From an uncultured Bacilli bacterium (GTDB taxonomy: Bacteria; Bacillota_I; Bacilli_A; RF39; UBA660), in NCBI GenBank assembly GCA_944372485.1, contig CALVZI010000074.1, positions 1 to 36,733 of the forward strand: a stretch of 36,733 nucleotides of DNA, written 5' to 3'. Shown here piece by piece: positions 25,682-34,166 of the stretch. Positions within the stretch are counted from its first letter, which is position 1; each line of letters begins with the position of its first letter. Below the pieces are notes generated by a model. The model was not told the DNA's origin and did no database searches. It saw only the letters and a list, made by a program, of their open reading frames with translations. Both the position numbers and the translations under genes were made by a program.

Positions 25682-25819
25682 AATTTCCTCCTAAAATAAA
25701 AGATTCCCTTAAGTTATAAGGGTCCAATAGGACGGTTCCACCTTATTTATTCTTAAGCGAATCACTCTTAACATATTCCTCGGGTTTTCCAAGCCGTCAT
25801 CAGATTTATAAATAACTAC
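25682..25819 (-). promoter_or_regulatory. glycine T-box riboswitch leader
   Basis: Minus strand: stem III CUUAAG...CUUAAG. T-box/antiterminator is AAUAAGG-UGGAACC-GUCC UAUU GGAC-CCUU (25746-25716), with a UGGA bulge that could pair with the UCCA 3' end expected of tRNA-Gly. The competing terminator is CCCUUA UAACU UAAGGG (25722-25706) plus AAUCUUUUAUUUU. Gly codons GGC (25795-25793) and GGA (25779-25777) sit in the short stem I region. Confidence 0.8.
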
Positions 25820-25825
25820 ACTTAC

Positions 25826-25854
25826 ATTTTACGATAAAATAAAGTTTATGTCAA
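25826..25854 (-). promoter_or_regulatory. sigma-A-type promoter for the glyQS T-box operon
   Basis: Minus strand: TTGACA (25854-25849), 17 nt, TAAAAT (25831-25826). Confidence 0.65.
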
Positions 25855-25889
25855 TTTAAAACTATTAAAATTGTTAATCTTTAAATTAT

Positions 25890-26861
25890 TTACTGTTTAA
25901 AATCTTTTTTTAATTTAGATAAACTAGGCATTGAATATCTATTACCATCAATATTATAATAAGCTCTAAAGACTTCTATATTTTGCATTACATCATCGGA
26001 ATTATCCATATAATAAGATATATCTTTTACATAATATGATTTTCTTATTTTATATAAAGCATAATTATGTATTTGTTTTACTCTAGTTGATGAAATGTGT
26101 AATTGCTTTGCAAGATCAGAAACTGATATTTGATTAGAATCATTTAATCCATAAATTCCTGTTAATATTTTTATTTCTCTTTCAGTTAATTTACACATTT
26201 TAAATAATTTACTAATATCTTCTTTCAAAGTTAATTTAGAAACTACATTGTCTGGTGATAAAGTATCTGAAGGAATCGTTTCCACTATTTCTTCCCAAAA
26301 TGAATTATCTGTAATTTTAAGTAAATTTAGACTAAGTATATCAAATTGTAACAATATAAGTCTATCTATTTCCTCTTCAGACTTACCTAATTCATTAGCA
26401 ATTTCACTAATTGTTGGAGTTCTTTTTAATTTATTTCCTAATTGCTTTGTTATTTTTTTTAATTTAATAATTTTTTCAATTGTAGAAACAGGTATTCGAA
26501 TTGTTCTTGAATTATTATCTATTGCACGAAGAATAGATTGTCTAATCCAAATTATTGCATACGTTGAAAAATTGTATCCCTTAGTAACATCAAATTTTTC
26601 TACTGCCTTCATCAATCCAATATTTCCTTCTTGAATTAAGTCTTCTAAATCAATTCCATGACCAATATATCTTTTAGCAACATATGTGACTAACCTTAAA
26701 TTTTTTTCAATAAATTTACGTTTTGCATCTATTTCCCCATTTAAAATTAAATAAGCAAGTTCTTTTTTTTCCTCTAAAGTTAATATTGAAGAATCAACTT
26801 TAGAAAAATAATCAATCATACAAGATCTTAATTTTTTCTTTGTACTATACTCTTTTAACAT
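25890..26861 (-). CDS. RNA polymerase sigma-70 family factor, RpoD/SigA-like regions 1.2-4.2 with a C-terminal extension
   Basis: 323 aa: LRLVTYVAKRY...LEDLIQEGNIGLMKAVEKFDVTKGYNFSTYAIIWIRQSILRAIDNNSRTIRIPV (regions 2.1-2.4/3.0). Region 4.2 HTH is SVSDLAKQLHISSTRVKQIHNYALYKIRK. About 50 further residues follow. Confidence 0.85.
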   Translation of the reverse strand: MLKEYSTKKKLRSCMIDYFSKVDSSILTLEEKKELAYLILNGEIDAKRKFIEKNLRLVTYVAKRYIGHGIDLEDLIQEGNIGLMKAVEKFDVTKGYNFSTYAIIWIRQSILRAIDNNSRTIRIPVSTIEKIIKLKKITKQLGNKLKRTPTISEIANELGKSEEEIDRLILLQFDILSLNLLKITDNSFWEEIVETIPSDTLSPDNVVSKLTLKEDISKLFKMCKLTEREIKILTGIYGLNDSNQISVSDLAKQLHISSTRVKQIHNYALYKIRKSYYVKDISYYMDNSDDVMQNIEVFRAYYNIDGNRYSMPSLSKLKKDFKQ

Positions 26862-26883
26862 AAACTTTCCTCCTGAATGTTAT

Positions 26884-26911
26884 ATTTTATCACAAAATAA
26901 TTATTTTACAA
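26884..26911 (-). promoter_or_regulatory. sigma-A-type promoter for the sigma factor gene
   Basis: Minus strand: TTGTAA (26911-26906), 16 nt, TAAAAT (26889-26884) preceded by TGA. Confidence 0.5.
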
Positions 26912-26929
26912 TTAAAAAAGCAAGAAAAA

Positions 26930-27661
26930 TTAAACGATTTTATTCAAATCTTTTAAAAATTTCTTACTTTTTAAATATAATCCAGTATAATCATCATAAT
27001 ATTCATCTAAGAACTTATCAATTTCATTCTTTACTGTTTGACTAATATCTAACTTTGTTATTTTAGATATATCGACATAATAAAACATTCTAAGTAACTT
27101 TATTGCTTTTTCATCAACTAACGTTTCATCATTACGACAATAATTACATAAGTAACCACCTTTTCTTACTGATATAGTGGCAATATTGTTAGTTCTCCCA
27201 CATACTGCACAAGAATCAATAATAGGCATTACTCCTAAATAATCTAAATATTTTAATTCAATAATATTAGTTATAACAGAAGGATCAAATCCATCATCTA
27301 TTTTTAATAATCCAGATATTAATAAATCATATATTTCTGGATTATTATTTTGTTTCATTACTTGTCCAGCTAAATCAACTAAAAATGATGCATAACTAAT
27401 ACAAACAATATCTGTTTTTATTTTTTTAAAAATATTTATAACATCAACTTCTATTAAAGTTGATAATTTATCTTCTTTATATAATATTTGAAATTTTCCA
27501 TAAGTAAGTTTTCCAGTTGTACTTCTAAGAGGACTTTTTATTCTTTTAGCCCCCTTAGCAATACAAGAAATAAGACCATGTGTTTTAGTCATTATCCCAA
27601 TTATTTTACTTGTATCTTTATAATCCATTTCACTTACGATAATGCCTTCTACTTCTATCAT
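26930..27661 (-). CDS. recO: DNA repair protein RecO
   Basis: 243 aa. N-terminal OB fold is MIEVEGIIVSEMDYKDTSKII. Zinc finger is CAVCG...CNYC. Confidence 0.9.
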   Translation of the reverse strand: MIEVEGIIVSEMDYKDTSKIIGIMTKTHGLISCIAKGAKRIKSPLRSTTGKLTYGKFQILYKEDKLSTLIEVDVINIFKKIKTDIVCISYASFLVDLAGQVMKQNNNPEIYDLLISGLLKIDDGFDPSVITNIIELKYLDYLGVMPIIDSCAVCGRTNNIATISVRKGGYLCNYCRNDETLVDEKAIKLLRMFYYVDISKITKLDISQTVKNEIDKFLDEYYDDYTGLYLKSKKFLKDLNKIV

Positions 27662-27673
27662 GGTCTCACCTAC

Positions 27674-30199
27674 CTAATCATCATTTTCTATATTATTTAA
27701 GAAATCATCAATGGTTAAAATTCGCTCATCTACTTCATGTAGTGAAACTTCTTTTTGTTTTACTTCAACTTTTTTATCTTTTTTAGTATCTTTTGTAATT
27801 AAATCTACTGGTAAATAAATATCTGTAATTTGTTTTTTTGTAATACTACTTCCAGCTGAATAACGATCCATAATTGGATAATCAGTAGCTTTAAAAGTTA
27901 AAGTATCATCACCACATTTAACATTTATTAAATGCTTATTTGGAATAATTAAAGTTGTTAAAATGTAATATGGATTTGTTTTAACATCTCTTACAATTTG
28001 TACTCCTCTTCGAGCTCTACTTGTTTTATCAAACTCACTAAGTTTAATTCTTTTGGCAGTATTTTTAGAAGTAATTACAGTTAAATATTCCATATCACCA
28101 TTAAAGATAATACCACTTACAACTTCATCATCTTTAAGTGAGATAGCTTTAACACCAGCACTCTTAGTTCCCGTAACTGGTACTTCACTTATATCATACC
28201 AAAGACCTAAACCTCTTCGTGTCGAAATAAATACTTCGCTATAATTTTCATCGCTTATACTTACTACTAAATCATTATTCTTTAACTTAATAGCTGTCAT
28301 TGGTTTAGAATAACGTTGTACTTTATAATCACTAATCTTAGTTCGTTTAATCATTCCATTTTGGGTAAATATTGTAATATATTTTTCATCTTCAAAATTA
28401 TATACTGGAACACTACTAATAATATTTTCACTAACACTAAGTTTTATAACATTACTTACATGTTTTCCCATTTCTTTCCATTTAATATCTGGAAGTTCAT
28501 AAACTGGTATATATAAATAATTTCCTAAGTCAGTAAATAATAGTAAAGTATCCATTGTATTCATTTCATATTTACCAATAATATAGTCCCCATCTTTTAG
28601 TGTTGGTTCTTCACTACTTACTGATGAATAACTACGCATACTAGTTCTTTTTACGTAACCTGATTTAGTTACTACAACAATAACATCTTCTTTTGGGATC
28701 ATACTTGTTGTATCTATTTTTATTTCTGCAACTTCATCTTCAATAACTGTCTTTCTTGGTTCACTATATTCTTTTTTAATTTCTCTAAGTTCAGTCTTCA
28801 TGACATTTTTTAATTCAGATTCATCATCTAATATTTTTTGTAGTTTCTTAATTAATTCTTTTAAACTTTCTTGTTCATTCATTAATTCTGTAACATCAGT
28901 GTTAGTTAATTTATAAAGTTGTAATACAACAATAGCTTCTGCTTGTTCAATTGTAAAGCCATATTCTTTTACTAAATTATTTTTAGCATCAGCTTTATTT
29001 TTACTAGCACGAATTGTTTTAATAACATCATCTAGAATTGATAAGGCTTTAATTAAGCCTTCTATAATATGCATTCTTTTTAAAGCGTGATCTAAATCAA
29101 ACTGTGTTCTTTTTGTTATAACATCTTTTTGATGTTCAATATAAGCGTCTAAGATTGGAATAATTCCAATTGTCATTGGTCGTTTATTTACGATAGCAAC
29201 CATATTATAGTTGTATGAGATTTGTAAATCAGTATTTTTATATAAGTAATTTAAGATTAAATCAGTATCTGCATCTTTCTTTAAATCAATAACAATTGAT
29301 ACTGGATTTTCACGATCTGATTCGTCACGAACTTCTGTAATACCATCTATTTTTTTATCTAATCTTATTTCATCTATTTTTTTAACTAAATTTTGTTTTA
29401 CTACTTCAAAAGGTATTTCATGAATAATTATTTGTGATTTACCTTTTGTCTTTTTAATTTCTACTTTTGATCTGACAATTACTTTTCCACGACCAGTTGT
29501 AAAGGCATCAATGATTCCTTGTTTTCCCATGGCAATACCACCAGTTGGAAAATCAGGTCCTTTTACAATTTCTAAAATAGTATCTAGTCGACAGTTTGGA
29601 CTATCAATTCTTTTAATTGTTGCATCAATTATTTCACCTAAATTATGAGGTGGAATATTAGTTGCATATCCAGCGCTAATACCAGTTGAACCATTTACTA
29701 AAAGATTAGGAAATTTTACTGGTAATACTGTTGGTTCTAATTCTGTATCGTCAAAGTTCCAAGTCCACTCAATTGTATTTTTTTCAATTGCTCCAAAAAA
29801 TTCATTAGATATTTTAGCTAAACGAGCTTCGGTATAACGCATGGCAGCGGCTCCGTCACCATCCATTGAACCATTATTACCATGCATATCAATATAAGGA
29901 ATACCTTGTTTCCACCATTGACTCATACGAACCATAGCTTCATAAATTGAAGTATCCCCATGTGGGTGATAGTTACCAATTACATTACCAACTGTTTTAG
30001 CACTTTTACGATAAGGTTTATTAAAAGTATTTCCTTCTTTATACATTGCGTATAGAATACGTCTTTGAACTGGTTTTAAACCATCTCTGACATCAGGTAA
30101 AGCACGTTCTTGAATAATAGCTTTAGAATATCTTCCAAAACGATCACCCATTATTTCTTCTAAGGAATACTCATATATTCTTTTTAATACTTCATTCAT
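27674..30199 (-). CDS. parC: DNA topoisomerase IV subunit A
   Basis: 841 aa. GDRFGRYSKAIIQERALPDVRDGLKPVQRRILYAM is the ParC-type (not GyrA-type) N-terminus. Active-site region is AAMRYTEARL. Confidence 0.88.
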   Translation of the reverse strand: MNEVLKRIYEYSLEEIMGDRFGRYSKAIIQERALPDVRDGLKPVQRRILYAMYKEGNTFNKPYRKSAKTVGNVIGNYHPHGDTSIYEAMVRMSQWWKQGIPYIDMHGNNGSMDGDGAAAMRYTEARLAKISNEFFGAIEKNTIEWTWNFDDTELEPTVLPVKFPNLLVNGSTGISAGYATNIPPHNLGEIIDATIKRIDSPNCRLDTILEIVKGPDFPTGGIAMGKQGIIDAFTTGRGKVIVRSKVEIKKTKGKSQIIIHEIPFEVVKQNLVKKIDEIRLDKKIDGITEVRDESDRENPVSIVIDLKKDADTDLILNYLYKNTDLQISYNYNMVAIVNKRPMTIGIIPILDAYIEHQKDVITKRTQFDLDHALKRMHIIEGLIKALSILDDVIKTIRASKNKADAKNNLVKEYGFTIEQAEAIVVLQLYKLTNTDVTELMNEQESLKELIKKLQKILDDESELKNVMKTELREIKKEYSEPRKTVIEDEVAEIKIDTTSMIPKEDVIVVVTKSGYVKRTSMRSYSSVSSEEPTLKDGDYIIGKYEMNTMDTLLLFTDLGNYLYIPVYELPDIKWKEMGKHVSNVIKLSVSENIISSVPVYNFEDEKYITIFTQNGMIKRTKISDYKVQRYSKPMTAIKLKNNDLVVSISDENYSEVFISTRRGLGLWYDISEVPVTGTKSAGVKAISLKDDEVVSGIIFNGDMEYLTVITSKNTAKRIKLSEFDKTSRARRGVQIVRDVKTNPYYILTTLIIPNKHLINVKCGDDTLTFKATDYPIMDRYSAGSSITKKQITDIYLPVDLITKDTKKDKKVEVKQKEVSLHEVDERILTIDDFLNNIENDD

Positions 30200-30212
30200 T
30201 TATTTCACCTTC

Positions 30213-32126
30213 TTAATTTTTTTGATAATGATCTTCTAATGAGAATTCAACATTTTCATTAATCCATTCTTTACGAGGTTCAACCTTATCACCCATTAAA
30301 ACACTAACTCTTTTTTCTGCAAGAGCTGCATCAATAATATTTACTTTAACTAAACTACGACGATCTGGGTCCATTGTTGTTTCCCAAAGTTGATCAGCAT
30401 TCATTTCACCAAGACCTTTATATCTTTGAATTTCACACTTCTTACCTTTAAATTTTTCATTAATAATTTCTTTACGATCATCTTCTGTCCATGCATATTC
30501 ACTATTTTTACCACAAGTTATTTTATATAGTGGTGGCATTGCAATATACAAGTGTCCTTCTTCAATAAGTGGTTTCATATAACGATAGAAAAATGTTAGT
30601 AAAAGAATTTGAATATGTGCCCCATCATCATCGGCATCGGTCATAATAATTATTTTGTCATAATGTGAATCTTTTACTTCAAAATCACTTCCAACACCAG
30701 CACCAATTGTATGAATAATTGTACTTATTTCTTCATTTTTTAACATTTCTTCTAGTTTTGTTTTTTCAGCATTTATTACTTTACCACGAAGTGGAAGAAT
30801 AGCTTGGAACTTACGATCACGTCCCCCTTTAGCAGATCCACCTGCTGAATCCCCTTCGACTAAGAATAATTCATTTATTGAAGAATCTTTTCCTTGGGCA
30901 GGAGTTAATTTACCACTTAAAATTCTTTCTTTTTTATTTTTATCTTTTCCAGCACGAGCAGCTTCACGAGCTTTACGAGCAGCCTCACGAGCAACTTTAC
31001 TCTTCAACATTTTTTCAAGTATTTTATCTGCAACTTCTTTATTTTCCTCTAAGAAAAATTGTAATTTTTCAGAAACAATACTATCAACAATATTACGAGC
31101 TTCACTAGTACCAAGTTTTCCTTTAGTTTGACCTTCAAATTGTAATAACTCTTCTGGAATTTGTAAACTAATAATAGCCGTTAATCCTTCACGAGTATCA
31201 TTACCTTCAAAGTTTTTATCTTTAGTTTTTAATATACCATTACTTCTTGCATAATCATTAAAAACACGAGTTAAAGCTGTTTTAAAACCTATTTCATGAG
31301 TACCACCATCATTAGTTTTAACATTGTTTACGAAAGAAATTAAATTTTCAGAATAAGTTTCCGTATATTGCATTGCAATTTCTACATTAATTCCATCTTT
31401 ACTTCCTTCAAAACTAAGAACTGGGTGAAGTACTTTTCGTCCATCATTTATAGATTCAACAAAAGCTTCAAGTCCCTTTTCATAGTGATATATTTCATGT
31501 TTACTAGCTTCCTCATCAATTACTTCAACAGTTAAACCTTTAAGTAAGAAAGCACATTCTTGCATTCTTTCACAAATAGTTGTAAAAGAAAAACTTGTAG
31601 TTGAGAAAATAGTATCATCAGGTAAAAATCTAACTGTTGTTCCTGTTTTACTAGTTTTACTTCCCTTTTTCAATGGAATTTCAGTTTTACCACCATCTTT
31701 AAAACGAATAAAATATTCATATCCATCACGTTTAATATTAACTTCAACCCATTTACTTAAAGCATTAACAACACTAGCACCTACACCGTGCAAACCACCT
31801 GATACTTTATAACCACCAGTTTCAAATTTACCACCAGCATGAAGTACAGTATAAATTACTTCCGGTGTTGACATACCACTAGAATGCATTCCAACTGGAA
31901 TACCACGACCTTCATCAGCAACTGATACACTACCATCTTTATGAAGTGTAATAACAATTCGCTTACCATAACCATTTATAACTTCGTCAATTCCATTATC
32001 AACGATTTCCCAAATTAAATGATGAAGACCTCTTTTATCAGTAGAACCAATATACATTCCTGGTCTTTTTCTAACTGCTTCAAGTCCTTCTAATATTTTA
32101 ATTGAACTTTCATCATACTTTACCAT
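30213..32126 (-). CDS. parE: DNA topoisomerase IV subunit B
   Basis: 637 aa: ILEGLEAVRKRPGMYIGST, GHKL ATPase, TOPRIM ELFLVEGDSAGGSAK, PLRGKVINAEK. Paired with parC. Confidence 0.88.
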   Translation of the reverse strand: MVKYDESSIKILEGLEAVRKRPGMYIGSTDKRGLHHLIWEIVDNGIDEVINGYGKRIVITLHKDGSVSVADEGRGIPVGMHSSGMSTPEVIYTVLHAGGKFETGGYKVSGGLHGVGASVVNALSKWVEVNIKRDGYEYFIRFKDGGKTEIPLKKGSKTSKTGTTVRFLPDDTIFSTTSFSFTTICERMQECAFLLKGLTVEVIDEEASKHEIYHYEKGLEAFVESINDGRKVLHPVLSFEGSKDGINVEIAMQYTETYSENLISFVNNVKTNDGGTHEIGFKTALTRVFNDYARSNGILKTKDKNFEGNDTREGLTAIISLQIPEELLQFEGQTKGKLGTSEARNIVDSIVSEKLQFFLEENKEVADKILEKMLKSKVAREAARKAREAARAGKDKNKKERILSGKLTPAQGKDSSINELFLVEGDSAGGSAKGGRDRKFQAILPLRGKVINAEKTKLEEMLKNEEISTIIHTIGAGVGSDFEVKDSHYDKIIIMTDADDDGAHIQILLLTFFYRYMKPLIEEGHLYIAMPPLYKITCGKNSEYAWTEDDRKEIINEKFKGKKCEIQRYKGLGEMNADQLWETTMDPDRRSLVKVNIIDAALAEKRVSVLMGDKVEPRKEWINENVEFSLEDHYQKN

Positions 32127-32143
32127 TTAAATCACCATGTATT

Positions 32144-32152
32144 ATTATAACA
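32144..32152 (-). promoter_or_regulatory. extended -10 promoter for parEC
   Basis: Minus strand TGT-TATAAT (32152-32144), just downstream of the preceding terminator. Confidence 0.45.
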
Positions 32153-32179
32153 AAAAAAGCCTTATTTTTCAAAGACTTT
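32152..32179 (-). terminator. terminator after the PASTA-domain gene
   Basis: Minus strand AAAGTCTT TGAAAAAT AAGGCTTT (8 bp with one G-U) followed by TTTTTGTT. Confidence 0.5.
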
Positions 32180-32195
32180 ACGTAAAATAATTTTT

Positions 32196-32987
32196 TTAAT
32201 TACTTGTTTCTGTTTCTATTTTATTTGAATCATCTATTATTTCTTCTTTAGGTTTTTCCGTTTTTTCTTCTTCTTTTAATTTAGAAACAGTTAATTTTAT
32301 AACAGTATCGTTGGTTATTTCTTTATTCTCTTTAACTGATTGTTTTAAAACAATATTTTCAGTTTCATCTTCTACATATTCTATTTCATATTTAATATTT
32401 TGTTCTTTTAAAAAGCTTTCAGCACTTTCTAAATGTAATCCAACTAAATTTGGCATTATAATTTTATCATCTTTTACACCAACTGTTATATTAATCTTCT
32501 TATATTTAAAAACTAACTCTCCAGCTTCAATACTTTGATCTAATACATAACCATAATCATCTGTTATTTCTTCTTTTACTAAAACTTTAAAACCAATATC
32601 TTCTAATTTTTTAGTAGCTTCTTCTTCACTTAACCCTATTACACTTGGAACTGTTGCAAGTTCTGTTGTATAAATGTGATATGCAAGAAAACCACTTAAA
32701 CCAGCAAAACCTAAACAAATTAGAAATAATATAAAAACAAAAAACTTTTGTAAAAAACTCATCTTATTTACAATAACTACTTCATTCTTATTTCTATTTT
32801 TGTTTCTTTTTTCTTTTTTTGTTTTTTCTTTTACTTTCTTAACTTTTGTTTTAGTTACTTCTTTAGTTTCTTTATTTATATTATTATTTAAATCATAAGT
32901 TTTATTATTCACTAAATCATAACCACAACGATTACAATAATGTGACCATTCTTCATTTAATTGATGACAATTAGGACATTTTATCAT
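32196..32987 (-). CDS. zinc-ribbon / single-TM / double PASTA-domain protein
   Basis: 263 aa. N-terminal CPNC...CNRC zinc ribbon, Lys-rich linker, TM FFVFILFLICLGFAGLSGFLAY. Two PASTA-like units: VPSVIGLSEEEATKKLEDIGFKV... and MPNLVGLHLESAESFLKEQNIKY... Confidence 0.7.
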   Translation of the reverse strand: MIKCPNCHQLNEEWSHYCNRCGYDLVNNKTYDLNNNINKETKEVTKTKVKKVKEKTKKEKRNKNRNKNEVVIVNKMSFLQKFFVFILFLICLGFAGLSGFLAYHIYTTELATVPSVIGLSEEEATKKLEDIGFKVLVKEEITDDYGYVLDQSIEAGELVFKYKKINITVGVKDDKIIMPNLVGLHLESAESFLKEQNIKYEIEYVEDETENIVLKQSVKENKEITNDTVIKLTVSKLKEEEKTEKPKEEIIDDSNKIETETSN

Positions 32988-33043
32988 TCTTTACCACCTC
33001 AAAATCTTTTTGTTATTATTTTCAAGTATAATTTTTTCTTCTT

Positions 33044-33069
33044 AATTGGTCAGTCGCAACTGACCAATT
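33044..33069. repeat. perfect 11-bp inverted repeat (AATTGGTCAGT CGCA ACTGACCAATT)
   Basis: Read directly from the sequence. It is G+C-containing in an AT-rich spacer between the radical SAM stop and the PASTA-gene start. No U-tract follows it on the minus strand. Confidence 0.85.
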
Positions 33070-33123
33070 CATAATTACTAATTTTAATGTTGTGATAATC
33101 TATTATAATTTAATCACACATTA

Positions 33124-34101
33124 TTAAATTTTCTTTTCTACTTTCTTATTTTTATATGTAATCATATCTTCTTTAATTGAATTTAATATATTTTTTTTAT
33201 AATCCCACTCATTAGACAGATTACCATTTGAATATAGTTTTAATGTTGGTATTACTTTATCTAAATCATAAGTATCTTCTACTTGTAAATATTTTAAAAT
33301 AACACTTTGATTATTTACTTTTAATTCTTTATATGGAATTAAACCAAAAACAGAATCATTACTATTTATAAGTTCATGTTTATTTACAAATTCATCATAT
33401 AATTCCTTTATTTCTTCTTTAGTCAAGCAAACTTGATTAGTATACTTTGTAACTTCATCTTTAGTATCAAACATGTCTGTTGGCATTAATGGAGAAAACT
33501 TTATTGTGTCTACACATCCATTAAAATAATCTACAAATTTAGTTAATTCATCTACACTATCACAATTATCTTTAAAAACATTTACATTTATACGCATAGT
33601 TTTATTTTTATCTTTTACTTGTTTATAAATTTCTTTAATTTGCTCTTTAGTTAAAGTTTTTCCTTGCATTATATTATTATTCTTATCATGATTATAATTC
33701 ATATAAGATAAATTAATTGTTGTAATTACACTATCTAATACTTTATTTAAAAAGTTTTTATTTTTTAATAATATTCCATTTGTTGTTAATATTACATTAT
33801 CTATTTTTTTATCTTTTATTACTTTTTTTAAATAATCTAATTTATCAAAGAATAATGGATCAACAGTTGCTTCCCCACCTAAAATAATAATATCTCTTAC
33901 ATCAAATATTTCTAGTGTTTTTTGTAAATTAATTTTCCATAATTCATAATTTTCTCTTGCAAAAGTTTTTGTATTAGCAATACAAAAAGGACAATTACAA
34001 TTACAACTATTATTAAAAATTAAATCTAAAAACAGCGTATCACTAACTAAATATTTTCCCATTTTTTTATATTTTACTTCATGTTTCATTTCTAAAGCCA
34101 T
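33124..34101 (-). CDS. radical SAM enzyme (no SPASM/twitch Cys cluster), function unknown
   Basis: 325 aa. CxxxCxxC is present as CNCNCPFC. Also a GGE-like ILGGEATVDP and LTTNGILL. TATAAT lies about 20 nt upstream of the GTGAGGT RBS. Confidence 0.8.
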   Translation of the reverse strand: MALEMKHEVKYKKMGKYLVSDTLFLDLIFNNSCNCNCPFCIANTKTFARENYELWKINLQKTLEIFDVRDIIILGGEATVDPLFFDKLDYLKKVIKDKKIDNVILTTNGILLKNKNFLNKVLDSVITTINLSYMNYNHDKNNNIMQGKTLTKEQIKEIYKQVKDKNKTMRINVNVFKDNCDSVDELTKFVDYFNGCVDTIKFSPLMPTDMFDTKDEVTKYTNQVCLTKEEIKELYDEFVNKHELINSNDSVFGLIPYKELKVNNQSVILKYLQVEDTYDLDKVIPTLKLYSNGNLSNEWDYKKNILNSIKEDMITYKNKKVEKKI

Positions 34102-34134
34102 AACAATACCTCACTAATATTATACTTTAATTTT

Positions 34135-34166
34135 CTAAAAAGTAAAGAAGTAGATTACTCTACTTC
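34135..34166 (-). terminator. terminator overlapping the stop of the arylsulfotransferase-like gene
   Basis: 8-bp stem GAAGTAGA / TCTACTTC (34147-34154 / 34159-34166) with a 4-nt loop. On the minus strand it is followed by TTTACTTTTTAG. Confidence 0.5.

Noticed and set aside
27674-32126. Calling the topoisomerase pair gyrB/gyrA
   Set aside because: The A subunit starts with the ParC-type GDRFGRYSKAIIQERALPD rather than the GyrA-type motif. The B subunit has the ParE-like GMHSSGMSTPEV segment. parE-parC is preferred, although a phylogeny would be needed for certainty.
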